Assembly: GCF_006345805.1 (NCBI RefSeq)
Contig: NC_043012.1
Span: forward strand, 50,282,001-50,346,000
Source of the DNA: Octopus sinensis
Taxonomy: Eukaryota
Direction: 5' to 3'
DNA length: 64,000 nt
Shown one piece after another: positions 11,596-25,669 of the stretch. The notes under the pieces were generated by a model that was not told the DNA's origin, did not search any database, and worked only from the letters and a program-made list of their open reading frames with translations. Position 1 is the stretch's first letter. Each line of letters begins with the position of its first letter. The position numbers and the translations under genes were made by a program.

Positions 11596-12735
11596 TGGCG
11601 AAGACGATTTAGACATATAGGACATATATGCATTCATACATACATACATACATACATACATACATACATGCATACATACATACATACATACATACATACA
11701 TACATACATACATACATACATACATACATACATACATACATACATACATACATACATACATGCATACATACATACATACATACATGCATACATACAGAAA
11801 GACAGACAGAGATGAGCTTGTGTATGTGTCTACGTTTGGAGAGGGACGGAAAGAAATCGAATGAAGGAAAGAGTGTTAGAGATATAGAGAGTGTGGTAGA
11901 ATGTGTATTGAAAACAATGAGTAACGAAATTGAAAGAAAACGAAGAAGATAAAAGAAATAGTGGCATGAGATGAATACGTGAGCGGGGAGAGACTGTTTG
12001 AGAAAGATAGACGGGGGGGGGACATAATGAAAGAGAGAACTTACTAGCATGTGAAACCAAACAACCCATTACCACAAATGAGAGACCGGAAGTTAAAAGC
12101 AACTCACTTAATTAATTTGAATATCTGCCGTGGTAACTTTTGTTCAAGAATGCTCATAGTTCACCAGGGTATAGCGATTGAATAACTTAATCTTGTTATC
12201 AGCAATATATAATCGTAACCTGCTAAATTGCTTGAGATGATTCATTTATCAATAAATTTATTCCCGAACATGTACTTGTTAAATGTCCACTTGCAGTTTA
12301 CTTGTATTGGATCTGACAATTAGGAAAAGACTGTACATTCATGGTGATACTAATGATATTAATAATAACGATAGCAACAACAATACTAATGATACTTATT
12401 GATTTTGGAACGACTATAAAATGTGTAGAAACGTACATAAACACAACTCATGATATATACTTATGCAGAACATTGAGAAAATTGCTGTAGCACGTACCAC
12501 ACATGCACGAAGCAATACGCAGCAGTACTCAGTAGGGCAATGAATGTATGCAATAAAAATATGGCAGCTAAATAAAGATAATGATGATGATCGCTATGAT
12601 AATACTGATAATAAACATAACAATAATAAGAACAATAAGAATCTTCTTTTATAATATATGCACAGAAATTTTGGAAGAGGGTGGTCTAGTCGATTAAATT
12701 GACTCCAGTACTTGACTGGTACTTATTTTTTGTTT

Positions 12736-13200
12736 AGTATAGTAAATGTCTTTATAAGTCAACTCCACGTCCTACTGCGTCCGCAGTACTTACTACATAA
12801 TGGGTAATAAGTGTATATGTCATATTTCGAGGGTTTTGTCTCTTCATCAGCACCCATCTAACATACTCTCGCTTCCGCATACAGCGGTGTTAAGTTGTTG
12901 GATGTACTAAATTCCATAATAAACGCATTCCTAGAACTGGTATGTAGACATTAATGACAGGTAGGAAAAGTTTTACCCATCTTTGTTTTCTGTCTCATTG
13001 TTTGTTTACATCTGACGGCTTGATAAGTAACTTTGTAGCAAAAAAGCAATGCTGGGTATGACTTCTGTGAAAATAACCATAACAAAGTAATGTAGTAGTG
13101 CAGTAGATCGTGGTGTTGACTTATAAAACCATTTAATATACTTTATAGTATATTATGGTTGCATAACGAAATATCACATGTTGGTCGACAAGATGCACCA
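12736..13200. mobile_element. Older foldback element of a second HHR family
   Basis: Imperfect inverted arms at 12736-12800 and 13090-13142 (ataagtcaactccacg vs cgtggtgttgacttat). The interior is homologous to the tandem unit at 38020-38520 and contains the HHR at 12807-12857. Confidence 0.7.
12807..12857 (-). ncRNA. Type I hammerhead ribozyme (A inserted after the core)
   Basis: Minus strand: AUGGGUG-CUGAUGA-A-GAG(ACAAAACC)CUC-GAAA-UAU(GAC)AUA-UA/CACUUAU. Stem I is 7 bp with two G-U pairs; predicted AUA cleavage. Confidence 0.82.
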
Positions 13201-13251
13201 CATGTGCTATACAGTTGATGCTGCGTGCCACTTTGATCCAAGAATAGTCAA

Positions 13252-13560
13252 CAAGGAAGGCGAAAAATTAGATAAATACAATACTCTTAAGTCGAAATAG
13301 CCCGACTGTGAAAAATGAAGAAGGTGAAGATAGTGCCAATTATTATTGGGTCCTTGGGAACAGTATCAGAAGGCATCAAGAGGAATATAAAGGAAATTGG
13401 AATAGAGTACTCAGTAGAACTGTTAGAAATGGTTTGCCTCTTTGGCACGGCCAGAATAATCAGGAAAGTATTAGATAGCTAAAACGAATGGATAGCATGG
13501 TGCCATAGATTGCTGGTAATAGGACTCCCGGAGTTCCAACAAACTTGCGATAAAAAGAAA
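13252..13560 (+). mobile_element. R4/Dong-type non-LTR retrotransposon 3' fragment
   Basis: Decodes to EGEKLDKY...MKKVKIVPIIIGSLGTV...LFGTARIIRKVLDS*, the RLE C-terminus; followed by an (AAT)n tract. Confidence 0.85.
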
Positions 13561-13737
13561 ATAATAATAATGATGACGATAATAATAATAATAAATAAAT
13601 AAATAATACACGGAAGTGTAAGAACTTTTCGCAATGTACTTGAAGCATGGCCACTACACATGTGTTACCTTAGTGTGCTGTGTGTGCCAGCCGATACCTT
13701 CCATTATACCTAGCAAAACAAGCAGAAACTTTTCATG

Positions 13738-13748
13738 AATTATTATTA

Positions 13749-13805
<57 letters not shown>

Positions 13806-13813
13806 TATTATTA

Positions 13814-13844
<31 letters not shown>

Positions 13845-13890
13845 GTTGTTGTTAACATTATTATTATTATTATATTCATCATTATAAAAT
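13738..13890 (+). repeat. (TTA)n microsatellite at the 3' end of the minus-strand Dong element
   Basis: Read directly; it is (TAA)n on the element's sense strand. Confidence 0.95.
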
Positions 13891-16800
13891 AACAGTTCAA
13901 TATTTGGTAGATTGAGGCACCAGCTACACCTCCGTGTTGCTGGGGTGTGTGCCGCATTATGTGTTTTTTTCTGCTGGTGGAAGTTTATGCCACTGGATAA
14001 ATACTGTACTTATAGTGTCTTGTATTTGTGGGTTGTTTTGTTTAGCTTTTATTATTGGATTGGTAGTGTCTTGCTTAGAATGTCGGCAGTTCTTAGCCGG
14101 GCTTTATTTTGAACAGTGAGTAGTGTTTTCTTTTCATCTTGTCCATTGCTCCTATTATTACTGGTATTGTTTTTACCTTCGTGTCCCACATTTTGAATAC
14201 TTCAAGTTCCAGGTCTTTGTACTTCTCTTTTGATGATATTTTGATCAGAGGGAAGGCTATGCCTATCAGGAAGCATGGATTTTCCCCCCAATCCTTGACT
14301 ATTATGTCTCGGCGATTAGCATTTATTTCTTTGTCGGTTTAAACCAACATATCTCATACGATTGTGGCCTGGTCATTGTATTGTACGTTGTTTGGAGCAT
14401 GCTTATCCCAACTGTTGTCAGTTTTAGTGTTTTGTCGTTAGCATATTGTCCAGTGGATATAACTGCTTACTTTGACGTGTCGGTATATATATTCAGCCTT
14501 GGCAAGGACTGGCCAACTGTCTTATTGTGATGGTTGCACATTCTGCATTTGGTGCTGAAGCCTGTTTCTATTATGTTGTTTTTATAATTGTTTGTAGTCA
14601 GGTATTGGTCTTATGCAGCGAGTATCAGTCCTTATAACCCATTGCTTTTGAGCCATTGTTGGCTACCTTCCTTTCTGTTAAGCCTCGCAGGGTATTGGCA
14701 TTGAAGTGATTTTTTTCTCTCCATTTCTTCTTCAGTATAATTTTAAATTCAGCTTTTATGTTGCTTTTTTCTCTTTAATCCTTTCTGCTATGTTGTCATC
14801 TGAGGTTAGTGTGTCAGTGTAGGGTGTTTCTGTTTTGTATTTTGTCGCCTCCCCGTGTATCGAGAAAAGCATTTTCCTTTTCTCGTGTTGCTTTACTACA
14901 TAGAGTAGTCTTCTACACTTTGTTTCTAAGTACTTTTCTAGTCCAACTGTTGTTATTTTATAGTAATTCTGTATTAGGCCACCGTGTCCTTCTGAACGGG
15001 GTAAATATATTCTATCTGCGTCTGCTTTTAGGAGATGACTTCGGTACGCTGTTAGTAGTTTTCTGGTTTTTCTGTCTAGGTTTCTCAATTCTCTTATCTT
15101 CCAGTGCATTATGTTAAAGCTGTAATTTACTACTGTTATGGCTAATGTGTTTATCCCTATTATCTTATTGTTAGCAGTTCAGTGTTTAATATTAGTCTAA
15201 CTCTTCTAATCTTCTCTTTCATTTCTGTGTGTTGCATTTTAGCTGTTTCGTCTATTCCTATATATTGGTATGGGCGGTTGTGGTCTAATTCTTTAATTTC
15301 TTTGTCTATGTCGAGTGTAGTGTTTTCAGTGCTGAATAATATGCCTCTTCTCAGTGTCGCCCTGATATATTTGTCGAGCCCCATGATCATTCCGATGTCA
15401 TTGCTGGAAATCTGGACAATGTTAATAAACTTTCTCTCTGCCATGGTGTTTTTAGCTAAAAGTTTTAGGTCATCCATGTAAAGGAGATGGTTTATTCTTT
15501 GTTCATAGTGATTTCCTTTAACAAGTCTTTTAGCAATCTCAGAGAAAGGCAGAAAAGCAGGGGTAACAGTGAGTTTCCCTGAACATTCCATCTTCTTATG
15601 GGTATAGGGTAGGTTTTAATAACTTATAAGTCATTTTTTTAATATTATACTGGTTTTACAGTTTGCCATACCATGTTTAATATATTTTAGTAGTGGAGGA
15701 ACTACCTTATTCTGGTTCAGAGATTCCTGTACACATGAGGATGCATTTTGGCAATCAATCAAAGTCCTGTTCAGGTTTATCTTTCTCCTCTTACAGTCCT
15801 TTATAATGCCTCGGTTTAAGAGAAGTTGCTCTTTACAGCCATATGTCCAGTTTCGCGTTGATTCTGGCTCACTTACCAGTAAATTGAACTCTGTCACTAA
15901 GTGGTTATGGGTACTGGTGTTGTGTTTCAACCAGAAGTTGGGGACCTTGTCTATACCTGGAGTTTTCCAGTTGCTGAAACTCCTCAGTATGTCCATGATC
16001 TCTTGGCCTGTGCTGATGGGCCATATATGTTGTTCTACTGTGTTCTTCATTTCTGTTTCATTATTAATCCACTGAGCATTTTTGTTGCTTTTTTAGTTTG
16101 CTCCATATTGCTTCACAGTATGAATCAATCGCTGATGTTGTTGGCATGGCATCTATTGATACCGTTGTCTTTCTTTCTTTTCTTTTTTTGCTTAATTTTC
16201 TATAAAACTTTTTGTGTTTATTTTGAATTCTCTATTTTGTTCAAAGTAACGTTCCCGTTTTTCATACTGATTCATGCTGCTATGCCCTGCTAAAGTTTTC
16301 CTTTTACCTCCAAGGAATCTTCTTTAATTTTTATGCTGAATTTTTTTGTTATATGAGGCTTTATTTTTCATCTTTCATATTTGATCCCGTTCTCTTTCAT
16401 TCAGAAAACTTGTGATAAGACTTTCTTCTGTTTTTGAATTATATTTGTCACGATCTAATTCCATTTTGGGGTTTGATATTTGGCTACTTTTCTTTGTAAG
16501 GGTCAAGTTCAGTTTCCCTAGATATGGCTACAGCTGTTAAGTAGATGAAGCCATTTAGTTTGTTCATATCTAGTGTATATTTTGAGATGGTCATTATTAC
16601 TTGTAAGGCTCTGTCGTATCTATTTACCCTTTCATAGAGCTGTTTATTTTTCTGTAGCCTGGCGAGACTTTTATGCTGGTACATATTTATCGACTGCGTA
16701 ATGTTTAGTTTTTCTACTTTTGATATTTCTTCAGTCTCCATCCTCGGTTGTAGCTGGTTTGTTATATTGTGTGTTATTTTGTTTGTTGTCATTTTGCGCT

Positions 16801-17465
16801 TCAATATTCGTCTGTGTATGTGTGTTGTGGACATGCTCTGCTGATTATTTATTTCTGTGTTGGTTAGCTGTGTAAAGATATTATCTTGGTTTAGCCTCCG
16901 TTTTACTGTTTGCAGTGTTATCTCTGTTGTATTCCCTTCTTTCTTTTGTGGTCTCTTATGCGTTTTCGGAGGCATAATGTCTGATGTACTGTTTTTGCCT
17001 GATTGCGACTCTTTGTTTTGAGTTATGAGGTATTTTGTTTTATTTCCGTGTGTATTTTATCTATTAGATTGTCTATTTCGGCTTGGGGCACTTTTTTCCT
17101 TTCGCGGGGTATATAGCCGGACATTTGCAAGAGTAGTCTCCGAGAAATTTCTTCTTCAGGCAGTATTTCTTCTCCATATTTGGTATGTTTCTCCTGTTAT
17201 CCCTATGTTTACCGGGTATAGTTTTGCAGTGTAGAATGCATGTAGCACTTCGATGTAGTCGTCATGTGTCCACCGTTCTATTTTAGGTTCGTTTATCACT
17301 TGGGCAGTGGCATTAGGAGAGGGTGTGCCTGTTCAGAATTAACTTTTCGGCAAAACACCGTGGGGATTTTTCGTGTCTCGAGCTCCGCAAGATCATCGAT
17401 AAAAATTCACCTCTAATTGCTTTCGAAATTTTATTACCGAGTATATCTGTTCCATAACAAAAATA

Positions 17466-17531
<66 letters not shown>

Positions 17532-18130
17532 GTAATAATAATAATAATAATAAATAATAATAAAAATAATAATTCATATGAACGGACAACTTGGTTTTGC
17601 GAGCACGTTGCATATTTTGAACATTAAATGGTCTATGACTAGGTGGAGCCTGTTTTTCCACTCCATTATCCTCTGAGAGGCCCCTGCTGGGTGTTGGAGA
17701 TCTGTTGTCTTGTACATCCAGGGGAGTCTTCCAGTTCATGCCGCTATTTGGGCTTGACATTTTTTGTTATCATTGCAATGAGAAAGATTTTTTAAAAGGT
17801 TTGCGCCCTAGGTGTGTTTATTCACAACATCAACTCTAACTTGGTTACCGGCCAGAAGCAGAGGTTGCACCGACCCGTGAAGGGCAGGGGTGGCACCAAT
17901 TCTCTGCGCTGCTCACATGTACAGTCGCATACAGAATTATACTGTCTGACCTGTCTTTCCTCTGCGATGTTAGATGCGATTTCAAAGAGACGTAAGTGCT
18001 TTTTCGATCATTCTGAGTGACTTCTCAGAGAGTTCATTGCTCACTTGTAATCTTCGGTGAACAGGCTCAGCGTCTGAAAACCAAGATCGTTGCTTTTGTC
18101 CTAACATCTGTAGCCATGAAAAATGTTATT
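13890..18130 (-). mobile_element. Near full-length, frameshifted R4/Dong-type RLE LINE
   Basis: RT motif INHLLYMDDLKL (ORF 15160-15591), ADRIYLPRSEGHGGLIQ (14756-15109), NWKTPGIDKVPNFWLK (15631-16050), RLE KYKDLELE near 14200, and N-terminal RWTHDDYIEVLHAFY near 17250. The 5' limit (17760-18130) is inferred, and a microsatellite interrupts the element at 17460-17580. Confidence 0.88.
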
Positions 18131-18239
18131 GTCGTTGTTGTTGTTGTTGTCTTTGTCTAGGTAACCTTCAATTGCCGTTGTAAATTGCTGCCTTTATTGT
18201 TGAATGTATTTTTAGCAGTAATAGTAGCAGCAGCATCAA

Positions 18240-18331
18240 CAGCAGCGGAAGTAGTAGTAGTAGTGGGGGTAGTAGTAGATGTAGCAGTGGGGCTTCGTAT
18301 TCCTGTGCGATCAGAGAATTAGTAGTAGTAA

Positions 18332-18367
<36 letters not shown>

Positions 18368-18395
18368 CAACAGCAGTAACAGCAACAGCAGCAGC

Positions 18396-18449
<54 letters not shown>

Positions 18450-18520
18450 TGTTGTTGTAGTACTAGCAGTAGTAGTAGCAGCAGCAGCAACAGCAGCAGT
18501 AGTAGTAATAATAGTAGTAA

Positions 18521-18555
<35 letters not shown>

Positions 18556-18613
18556 CTAGCAGTAGTAGTAGCAGCAGCAGCAACAGCAGCAACAGCAGCA
18601 GTAGTAGTAATAA

Positions 18614-18646
<33 letters not shown>

Positions 18647-18684
18647 CAACAGTAGCAACAGCAGCAGCAGCGGTAGTAGTAGTA

Positions 18685-18737
<53 letters not shown>

Positions 18738-18747
18738 AAGTAGTAGT

Positions 18748-18800
<53 letters not shown>

Positions 18801-18835
18801 AAGTAGTAGTAGTAGTTGCAACAGCAGCAAACGCA
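18240..18835 (+). repeat. Long compound (AGT)n/(AGC)n microsatellite
   Basis: Read directly; source of the poly-T/L/Y ORFs at 18168-18855. Confidence 0.97.
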
Positions 18836-18864
18836 GCAACACGAGAACATATCAACGATAATAA

Positions 18865-19340
18865 TCCTCTCCTAACAGCAAACGACTACAAATATCGCCA
18901 CGATAAGGTAGGACAGTATTTACATTGGAAACATTGTAAAATCTGTTCTGCTACTAACGGGTATGAATATGAGCCTGGGCCAGCTGTTGAATATAAAAAT
19001 ATCACTATCGTCTGGGATTTTCCAGTCAACCCTGACAGAACCATCCAGGGGAACCAACCAGATATTTTTTGTTTTATTAAAATCGTGGAAGAAAATGTTT
19101 GTAGACAAATAAATATAATTTTTGCCACTGATAAAAATAAATCTGTAATGGAAATTGACAAACTTAGCAAATATAAAGACCTGGAAATTGAAATACAAAT
19201 GTTTTGGTATCGTAAAGCATAAACTATTCCTCTTATTATAGGTGCCCTAATTATGATAGAAGAAAAAGGATGTTAGGAACGTCAAGATTAGATCCCCAGA
19301 GAAACATGTCTGAAAGAAATCCAAAAAATGTTGCTGACAA
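18865..19340 (+). mobile_element. R4/Dong-type RLE endonuclease fragment
   Basis: YKYRHDKVGQYLHWK...ITIVWDFPVNPDRTIQGNQPDI...KLSKYKDLEIEI (RHD and PD-(D/E)xK motifs). Confidence 0.88.
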
Positions 19341-19441
19341 ATGATGCCCTATCAATTTAAACGTCTATGTTGTATTACATGGCGACATTTTGCTACTTCT
19401 TCTCTCGTTTCCCCTCCCCAAATTTCAGTTATATTATAACA

Positions 19442-19665
19442 TCCATTTCTTTACTACCCACAAGGGGCTAAACACAGAGAGGACAGACAAACGGATTAAG
19501 TCGATCACATCGACCCCAGTGCGTAACTGGTACTTATTCAATCGACCCCGAAATGATGAAAGGCAAAGTCGACCTCAGCGGAATTTGAACTCAGAACGTA
19601 ACGGCAGACGAAATACTGCTAAGCATTTCGCCCGACGTGCTAACGTTTCTGCCAGCTCGCCGCCT
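19442..19665 (-). mobile_element. SINE family A with 13-bp target-site duplication (TSD)
   Basis: Full-length copy; ttatattataaca at 19429-19441 and 19666-19678. Confidence 0.92.
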
Positions 19666-19799
19666 TTATATTATAACACCACTTATCGCGTTATATTATA
19701 ACATCACTTATCCTTCACTTGCCCTAGGGTGCTGAGTATGTCTCGGCAAGTGATTGCAACAAACATGCAGATTAAAAGTAAGTAACAATAATGATAATA

Positions 19800-20015
19800 A
19801 AATGGGCTGGGAAAGACTGAGAAATGCAAGTCACTTCAAGATGAGATTGAACGAATGTGGGCGATGAAGAAAGTGACTGTCATCTTTGTAACTGTAGCGG
19901 CATTGGGAAGATATACTACTAAGTTGGAGAAATTTCCTGGAGAATTTGGAATTGACAAGAAGATAGAACATGTTCAGAAAAGTGCCTTATAAGAGAAATC
20001 GTTGAAAACCATAGG
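19800..20015 (+). mobile_element. R4/Dong-type 3' fragment
   Basis: EKCKSLQDEIERMWAMKKVTVIFVTVAALG...GIDKKIEHVQKSAL. Confidence 0.75.
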
Positions 20016-20179
20016 GACTTACCTCCCTTTGTCAGTCATTAGGTATCGTGCTTTTGTGGCTTTGGAGTTAATTTCATTCTTAGTCTAAGCGGTGCTAATT
20101 AGTACCCACTATCACTTTTGTGACCTCTTTTAATTTTGCCTTTAAGTTCTAATTGTCACTCAATGGACGGTGCTGAGGT

Positions 20180-20535
20180 CAAGCATTTAAACCAAATTTT
20201 CTCAAAACAACTTGTCCGACCGATCCATAGGTCTCCCCTTTGAGAAACACTGATTTAACCTAAATTTGAGATACCGTACATTTTTCTCGCGTACAAGTAG
20301 TATCGATCGCAACAGCTGATGTACTTGCGCGTACAAATGCACGTTCCCACGGCGTTATCGATCGCATTCTCACCTGGAATCGATTTTTGTATTTTTTTTC
20401 AAGACTTATGCACGCCCTGATACCGTCGGTATCTACATATCAAATTTGAGCGCAATCGGATGCAGGATGCCCGAGATCCTAGAAGACACACACACAGACA
20501 GACAGAGAGAACGGATTTTATATAATATATATAGT
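20180..20535 (+). mobile_element. Unclassified interspersed repeat with a Helentron/DINE-1-like (HINE) 3' end
   Basis: Ends in caaatttgagcgcaatcggatgc...(ACAG)n...attttatataatatatatag, an arrangement I associate with DINE-1/HINE elements. Recognition is by resemblance only. Confidence 0.4.
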
Positions 20536-20536
20536 G

Positions 20537-20572
<36 letters not shown>

Positions 20573-20733
20573 CTACATTGTCTGTTTTGGCATGGTTTCT
20601 TTAGTTCGATGCCATTCCTTATGCTAACTACTCTACAGAGTGTAGCGGGTGCTTTTAAAATGGCACCAGCATGAGTGCTTTTTATACGTGCTGTGTTCAA
20701 ATTCTGTCAATGTTGGTGACTTTGCCTTACATA

Positions 20734-20793
<60 letters not shown>

Positions 20794-21384
20794 TTGTGTG
20801 TGTTCACCTTTGGTGATGTAAAGAGCAAATTAGAATTCAAAGCACAAGTATACATATTTTCTTTCTGATACTCATTAAAAAATACGGACCGATTATTAAG
20901 ACGAGCCTTTCATACTGGTTTCACATTAAGCGGAATACATGTACACATCTGTCATAATAATAGTTCCTTGGATTATTATTATTATTATTATTATTGTACA
21001 AGTTACGAAAGCAATTACAACTACAAGTGGATAATTCATATTCTTGAAATCGTTTGCCCCTTATGTGGTTCCATAATGAAAAGGAAAAGAAATATGGAAA
21101 GTTTAATGTGATGTGTGCATTCATACGTACATAGACACACACATACACACACACACACACACACGCACACATACCAACACACGCATATATGCATGGTTGT
21201 TTGTATTTATATTTACACACACACATATATATATATATATGTGTGTGTGTGTGTATTTATCTATATCTATACATATTAACATAGATATTTGTGTATATCT
21301 TTTATATTTATGTATATATATATATATATCTATATACATATATATATATATGTATGTGTGTGTGTGTGTGTGTGCGTGTGTGTG

Positions 21385-21590
21385 TGTCTGTGTTTGTTCC
21401 CCCAACATCGATTGACAACTGATGCTGGCGTGTTTACGGCACGGTAACTTAGCGGTTCGGGAAAAGAGAACGATAGAATAAATACCAGGCTTACAATGAA
21501 TAAGTCCTGGGGTCGATTTGCTCGACTAAAGGCGGTGCTCCATTATAGCCACAGTCAAATGACTGAAACAAGTAAAAGAGTAAAACAAAA
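21385..21590 (+). mobile_element. SINE family C, 3' part
   Basis: cgtaacttagcggttcgg...ggggtcgatttgctcgactaaaggcggtgctcca...gactgaaacaagtaaaag matches the 55533 copy. Confidence 0.85.
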
Positions 21591-21603
21591 AAATATATTT
21601 ATG

Positions 21604-21666
<63 letters not shown>

Positions 21667-22257
21667 GTTTGTATCTGTTCAACTATATTACATGTGCATA
21701 TGCGTGTGTGCTGTTGCAGTAGTAGTAGTAGTAGTAGTACAGCGGGAAGTACATGTACGCATGTGTGTATGTACGTATTTTTCTGTATGTATATACATGC
21801 ATGTGTATGTACTTCAGGAAGGTAGATAAGTGCGAAGAGGGACAGAAAGATGTACAGAGCTAGAAAGAGATAGGTGAGAAGACAAAGCGTGCCGGACCTA
21901 TAAAGAGACGAATCTATGTATGCATGTATGTGTTTGTAATTATTATTTATATGTGTGTGTGTGTGAATGTATACATATGCATTAAACACATACACATACA
22001 CAGCCATATTCTTATCTATATATGTGTTAATAAACATATATGTAGTTATGTAAGTAATAATATGCACATATATATATATATATATATACACAAACACATA
22101 GATATTTTTACATATTTGTTTGTGTCTGTGTGTGGATGTGTGTGTGGATGTGTGTGTGGATGTGTGTGAGTGTGTGTGTATCTGTGATTCTATGAATATG
22201 CACATATCTATATCTATACGTATCTATATATCTATCTCTAACTATCTTCATTATATA

Positions 22258-22295
<38 letters not shown>

Positions 22296-23889
22296 ATTTT
22301 TTCCGTAATGAGATAAAAAAAACAAGGTTGTGTAGATTTTAGAACATATATTTGCATATATATTTTAAATACATATATATATATATATTTATATATATAA
22401 TATATATATATATATATTTATACATACATATATATTTATATATATAAGTATATATATGAAGATAGCTATGGATAGATATATAGATACGTATAGATATAGA
22501 CATGTGCATATTCATAGAAGCACACGCACACAAACTCTCACACAGACAGTTCTCTTAAGAAAGCCTATATACTTGCATAGATGCATGTATGAACAAATTG
22601 ATCTGTATTTATAGCTATTGATTTGTGTTATAATATATGTTGCAGTGGATATATACACCAGATATCGGTGGTTAAAAAATTTGTAGAATATCGATTAGAA
22701 CGTTGCAATTAATCAGAAGAAGGCTAAAATACCATAAGACACACAGTATATACGGTTTTGTGTTAGTAGTTACACACGCACATATACATATACATATACA
22801 CAAAGTTACATGAATATATACAGAGAAACGGGCAGGTAAATACTTATATAGAAAGTGAAACTGATAGAAACTGAAAGTGAATGTGAAACTGATAGAGTAA
22901 ACGTCTATGGAAATATCAGTAGTAGCATTATAGTTTTCTATAAAGATAAAAAGTTTGTGCATGAATATATGTATGTGTGTGTATGTATGTACGTACTGTT
23001 AGAAAATGGAAAATGAAGAACTAGTAGAATGTGTGAGTGCGTGTGTGAGAGAGAGAGAGAGAGGGGGAGAAGAGGGAGAGAGAGAGAGAGAGAGCGAGAT
23101 GGAAATAGAAAGTAAGCCATAAGTGTAAGTAATCATATGAAATATATATATTTTCCATCAGACAAATAGATAATCAATAAATAAATTAATTTACGCTCCT
23201 GCTATTTGATAAGTTAAAGAAGAAATATTGCTTCGCGTTTGTGACGCCTACTGATCAATACTATTATTGTGAATCGAAATTAAACCGTGTTCCCACCTAT
23301 CTAAACCCAGCTAAATCCCCACCCATAAAATTGCTCCACCTACATGAACATATTAACGCAAATCGTTATTAGTTTATTAAAAACCGCGAAACAATTAATA
23401 AGTTCTGTGATGCCATGTTCATTCCAGACATTCTAATTAACTGTGAGGAATAAGTTGGCCTTGCAATTACTTGTCTTTTCTTATTAAATGAAGAAAATTA
23501 AGAACAGACAAACTTTGTTGATTGGAAAGTCTATGAATGTTCAGACAGATTTTCTTACACATAATACAAACTACATTATTTATATCAAAATTTACTTCTC
23601 CTAATAAATATATAGATCATGCGGCCTGTGATTGTAGCAGGAGCAATTGGATATATGTTAAGGTTATTCACCCCGTCACGTTTTTGTATTAGGCCATTTA
23701 TACAACCAGAATATCGACGGAGGATTCGTTAGTTAAGCAACTTCTATTTTGTGAATTCTGCACCAAAAACGTTATATATTCATTTCTGTTAATATACATA
23801 TGTATTTACATGTATAAATGCATGTATGTATATATGTAACTATGTATGTATTTAGACAAGAACTTATTTAATTATATAAGGCAGTGAAA

Positions 23890-24109
23890 GGCGGTGAGCT
23901 GGCAGAATCGTTAGCATGCCAAGTGAAATGCGTAGCCGTATTTCGTCTGCCGTTACTTTCTGGGTACAAATTCCGCCGAGGTCGACTTTGCCTTTCATCC
24001 TCGATAAATTAAGTGCCAGTTACGCACTGGGTTCGATGTAATCGACTTAATCCGTTTGTCTGTCCTTGTTTGTCCTCTCTGTGTTTAGCTCCTTGTGGGT
24101 AGTAAAGAA
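23890..24109 (+). mobile_element. SINE family A with 14-bp TSD, inserted in the head of an older SINE
   Basis: ataaggcagtgaaa at 23876-23889 and 24110-24123; a degenerate SINE body continues to ~24270. Confidence 0.9.
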
Positions 24110-24567
24110 ATAAGGCAGTGAAATAGCACAGTCGCTATAAACGTCCGACATAATGGCTGCGGTATTCGTTCCGAATTCTTGTCTTCTGAGTTCAAGTTCT
24201 ACGCTTTTTAGCTTCATCCTTCGCTGCGTCGTGAATAATAAATGCCAGCACTTTACTGGGACGGATTTTTCTTTCTTATTTTATCGCCTTCTCCTTTACT
24301 CATTTGTAGAAATCGGCTGTAATCAGATTCGTCAGTTATAGGCTTCACTCGGTTTAAAACGCCGAGGAACCGCCTTATATAACGACAGTTTCGCTACCAT
24401 TCAGTCAGATGTCCATGACCGAAAATAGAACACATACATGCATATACGCATAAACTCTCTATTTCACCCCTTCTCAGCCACACGCAAACACAGAAGCTTG
24501 CTTCTCAGCCTTGTGAGTGTATTTGGTAGGCAGAAACTGAAAGAATCCCGTTCTATGTATATATATA

Positions 24568-24671
<104 letters not shown>

Positions 24672-25039
24672 TAGATAGATAGATAGATACAAGAACACAC
24701 ACACGCGCACACGCACACACGCACACACACGCACATGCTCTCTCTCTCACTTTCTCCCCATTCATCACCCTCTTGTACTATCTTATATCCCACCCCACCA
24801 CTACACACTCAATAACACTATAAAAATAGTAAAATTTTCTACAAGAACTTAGTTCAATTCGAAAACTCCACCAGAATGGACGAAAGCGCTAATATATGAT
24901 ATATGAAATCTGATGTATAAAAACATGTAATATATAAACAAATATCTGTAAATATAAAACCGTCCGAATTTCTGAGTACCTCATTTCTTCTAATATAAAA
25001 TACCTGTACATCATATCCAAATATATTCTAATATATATG

Positions 25040-25083
<44 letters not shown>

Positions 25084-25669
25084 TAGAATGGTGAAAAATG
25101 ACACAGGAGTTGATATGTATAAGGAAAATGTGAGAAAGTAGAAAATGCTAAAATGAATTTATTATGAAATACATTTTTTAATGGTTAGTACCGGTTTCTG
25201 CCTTCGACTTTTTCAACTAAGAGTAAAACAAAGATGGATACTAATTAAAAAGAAAAACAATTAAATTGAAGAAAAAAGTTAATTGAAATGTTTTGTAAAT
25301 AGTCTTCAAATGAGTGGTACATCTTCCTTTTCCCCTCTCTCTCTCTCTCTCTCTTTTTCTTTTGTAAAGGTTCGTAAGGTCGGTAGGTAGTAGCAGATCT
25401 TAAAAATTGTGTTTACAAATGTAAAGATATATTTGGTTCTGAAGTTTGATGTTCTAAACAGTAGCAGGCGAGAAAGGAGGAGGCGAAGAAGAAGAAAAAG
25501 AAGAAAGAGGCGGAGAAGGAATAGAAAACGATGAAGAATAAAAAACAAAAACGACAGGAGTAGTATTACCTAGTATTAAAGACTGCTTGTGGGCCTCACG
25601 TTGACCTGTTGTGGTTGTAATAGTAGTAGCAGCAGTGTATGTTTTAAACAAATTCGTGGGTAACTACTC

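Noticed and set aside
17830-17900. Possible HDV-like ribozyme in the Dong 5' UTR (GGTCGG...CTGGCC-GG on the minus strand)
   Set aside because: A P1-like helix is present, but P2, P3/L3 and the catalytic J4/2 could not be placed; needs an RNAMotif or Infernal search.
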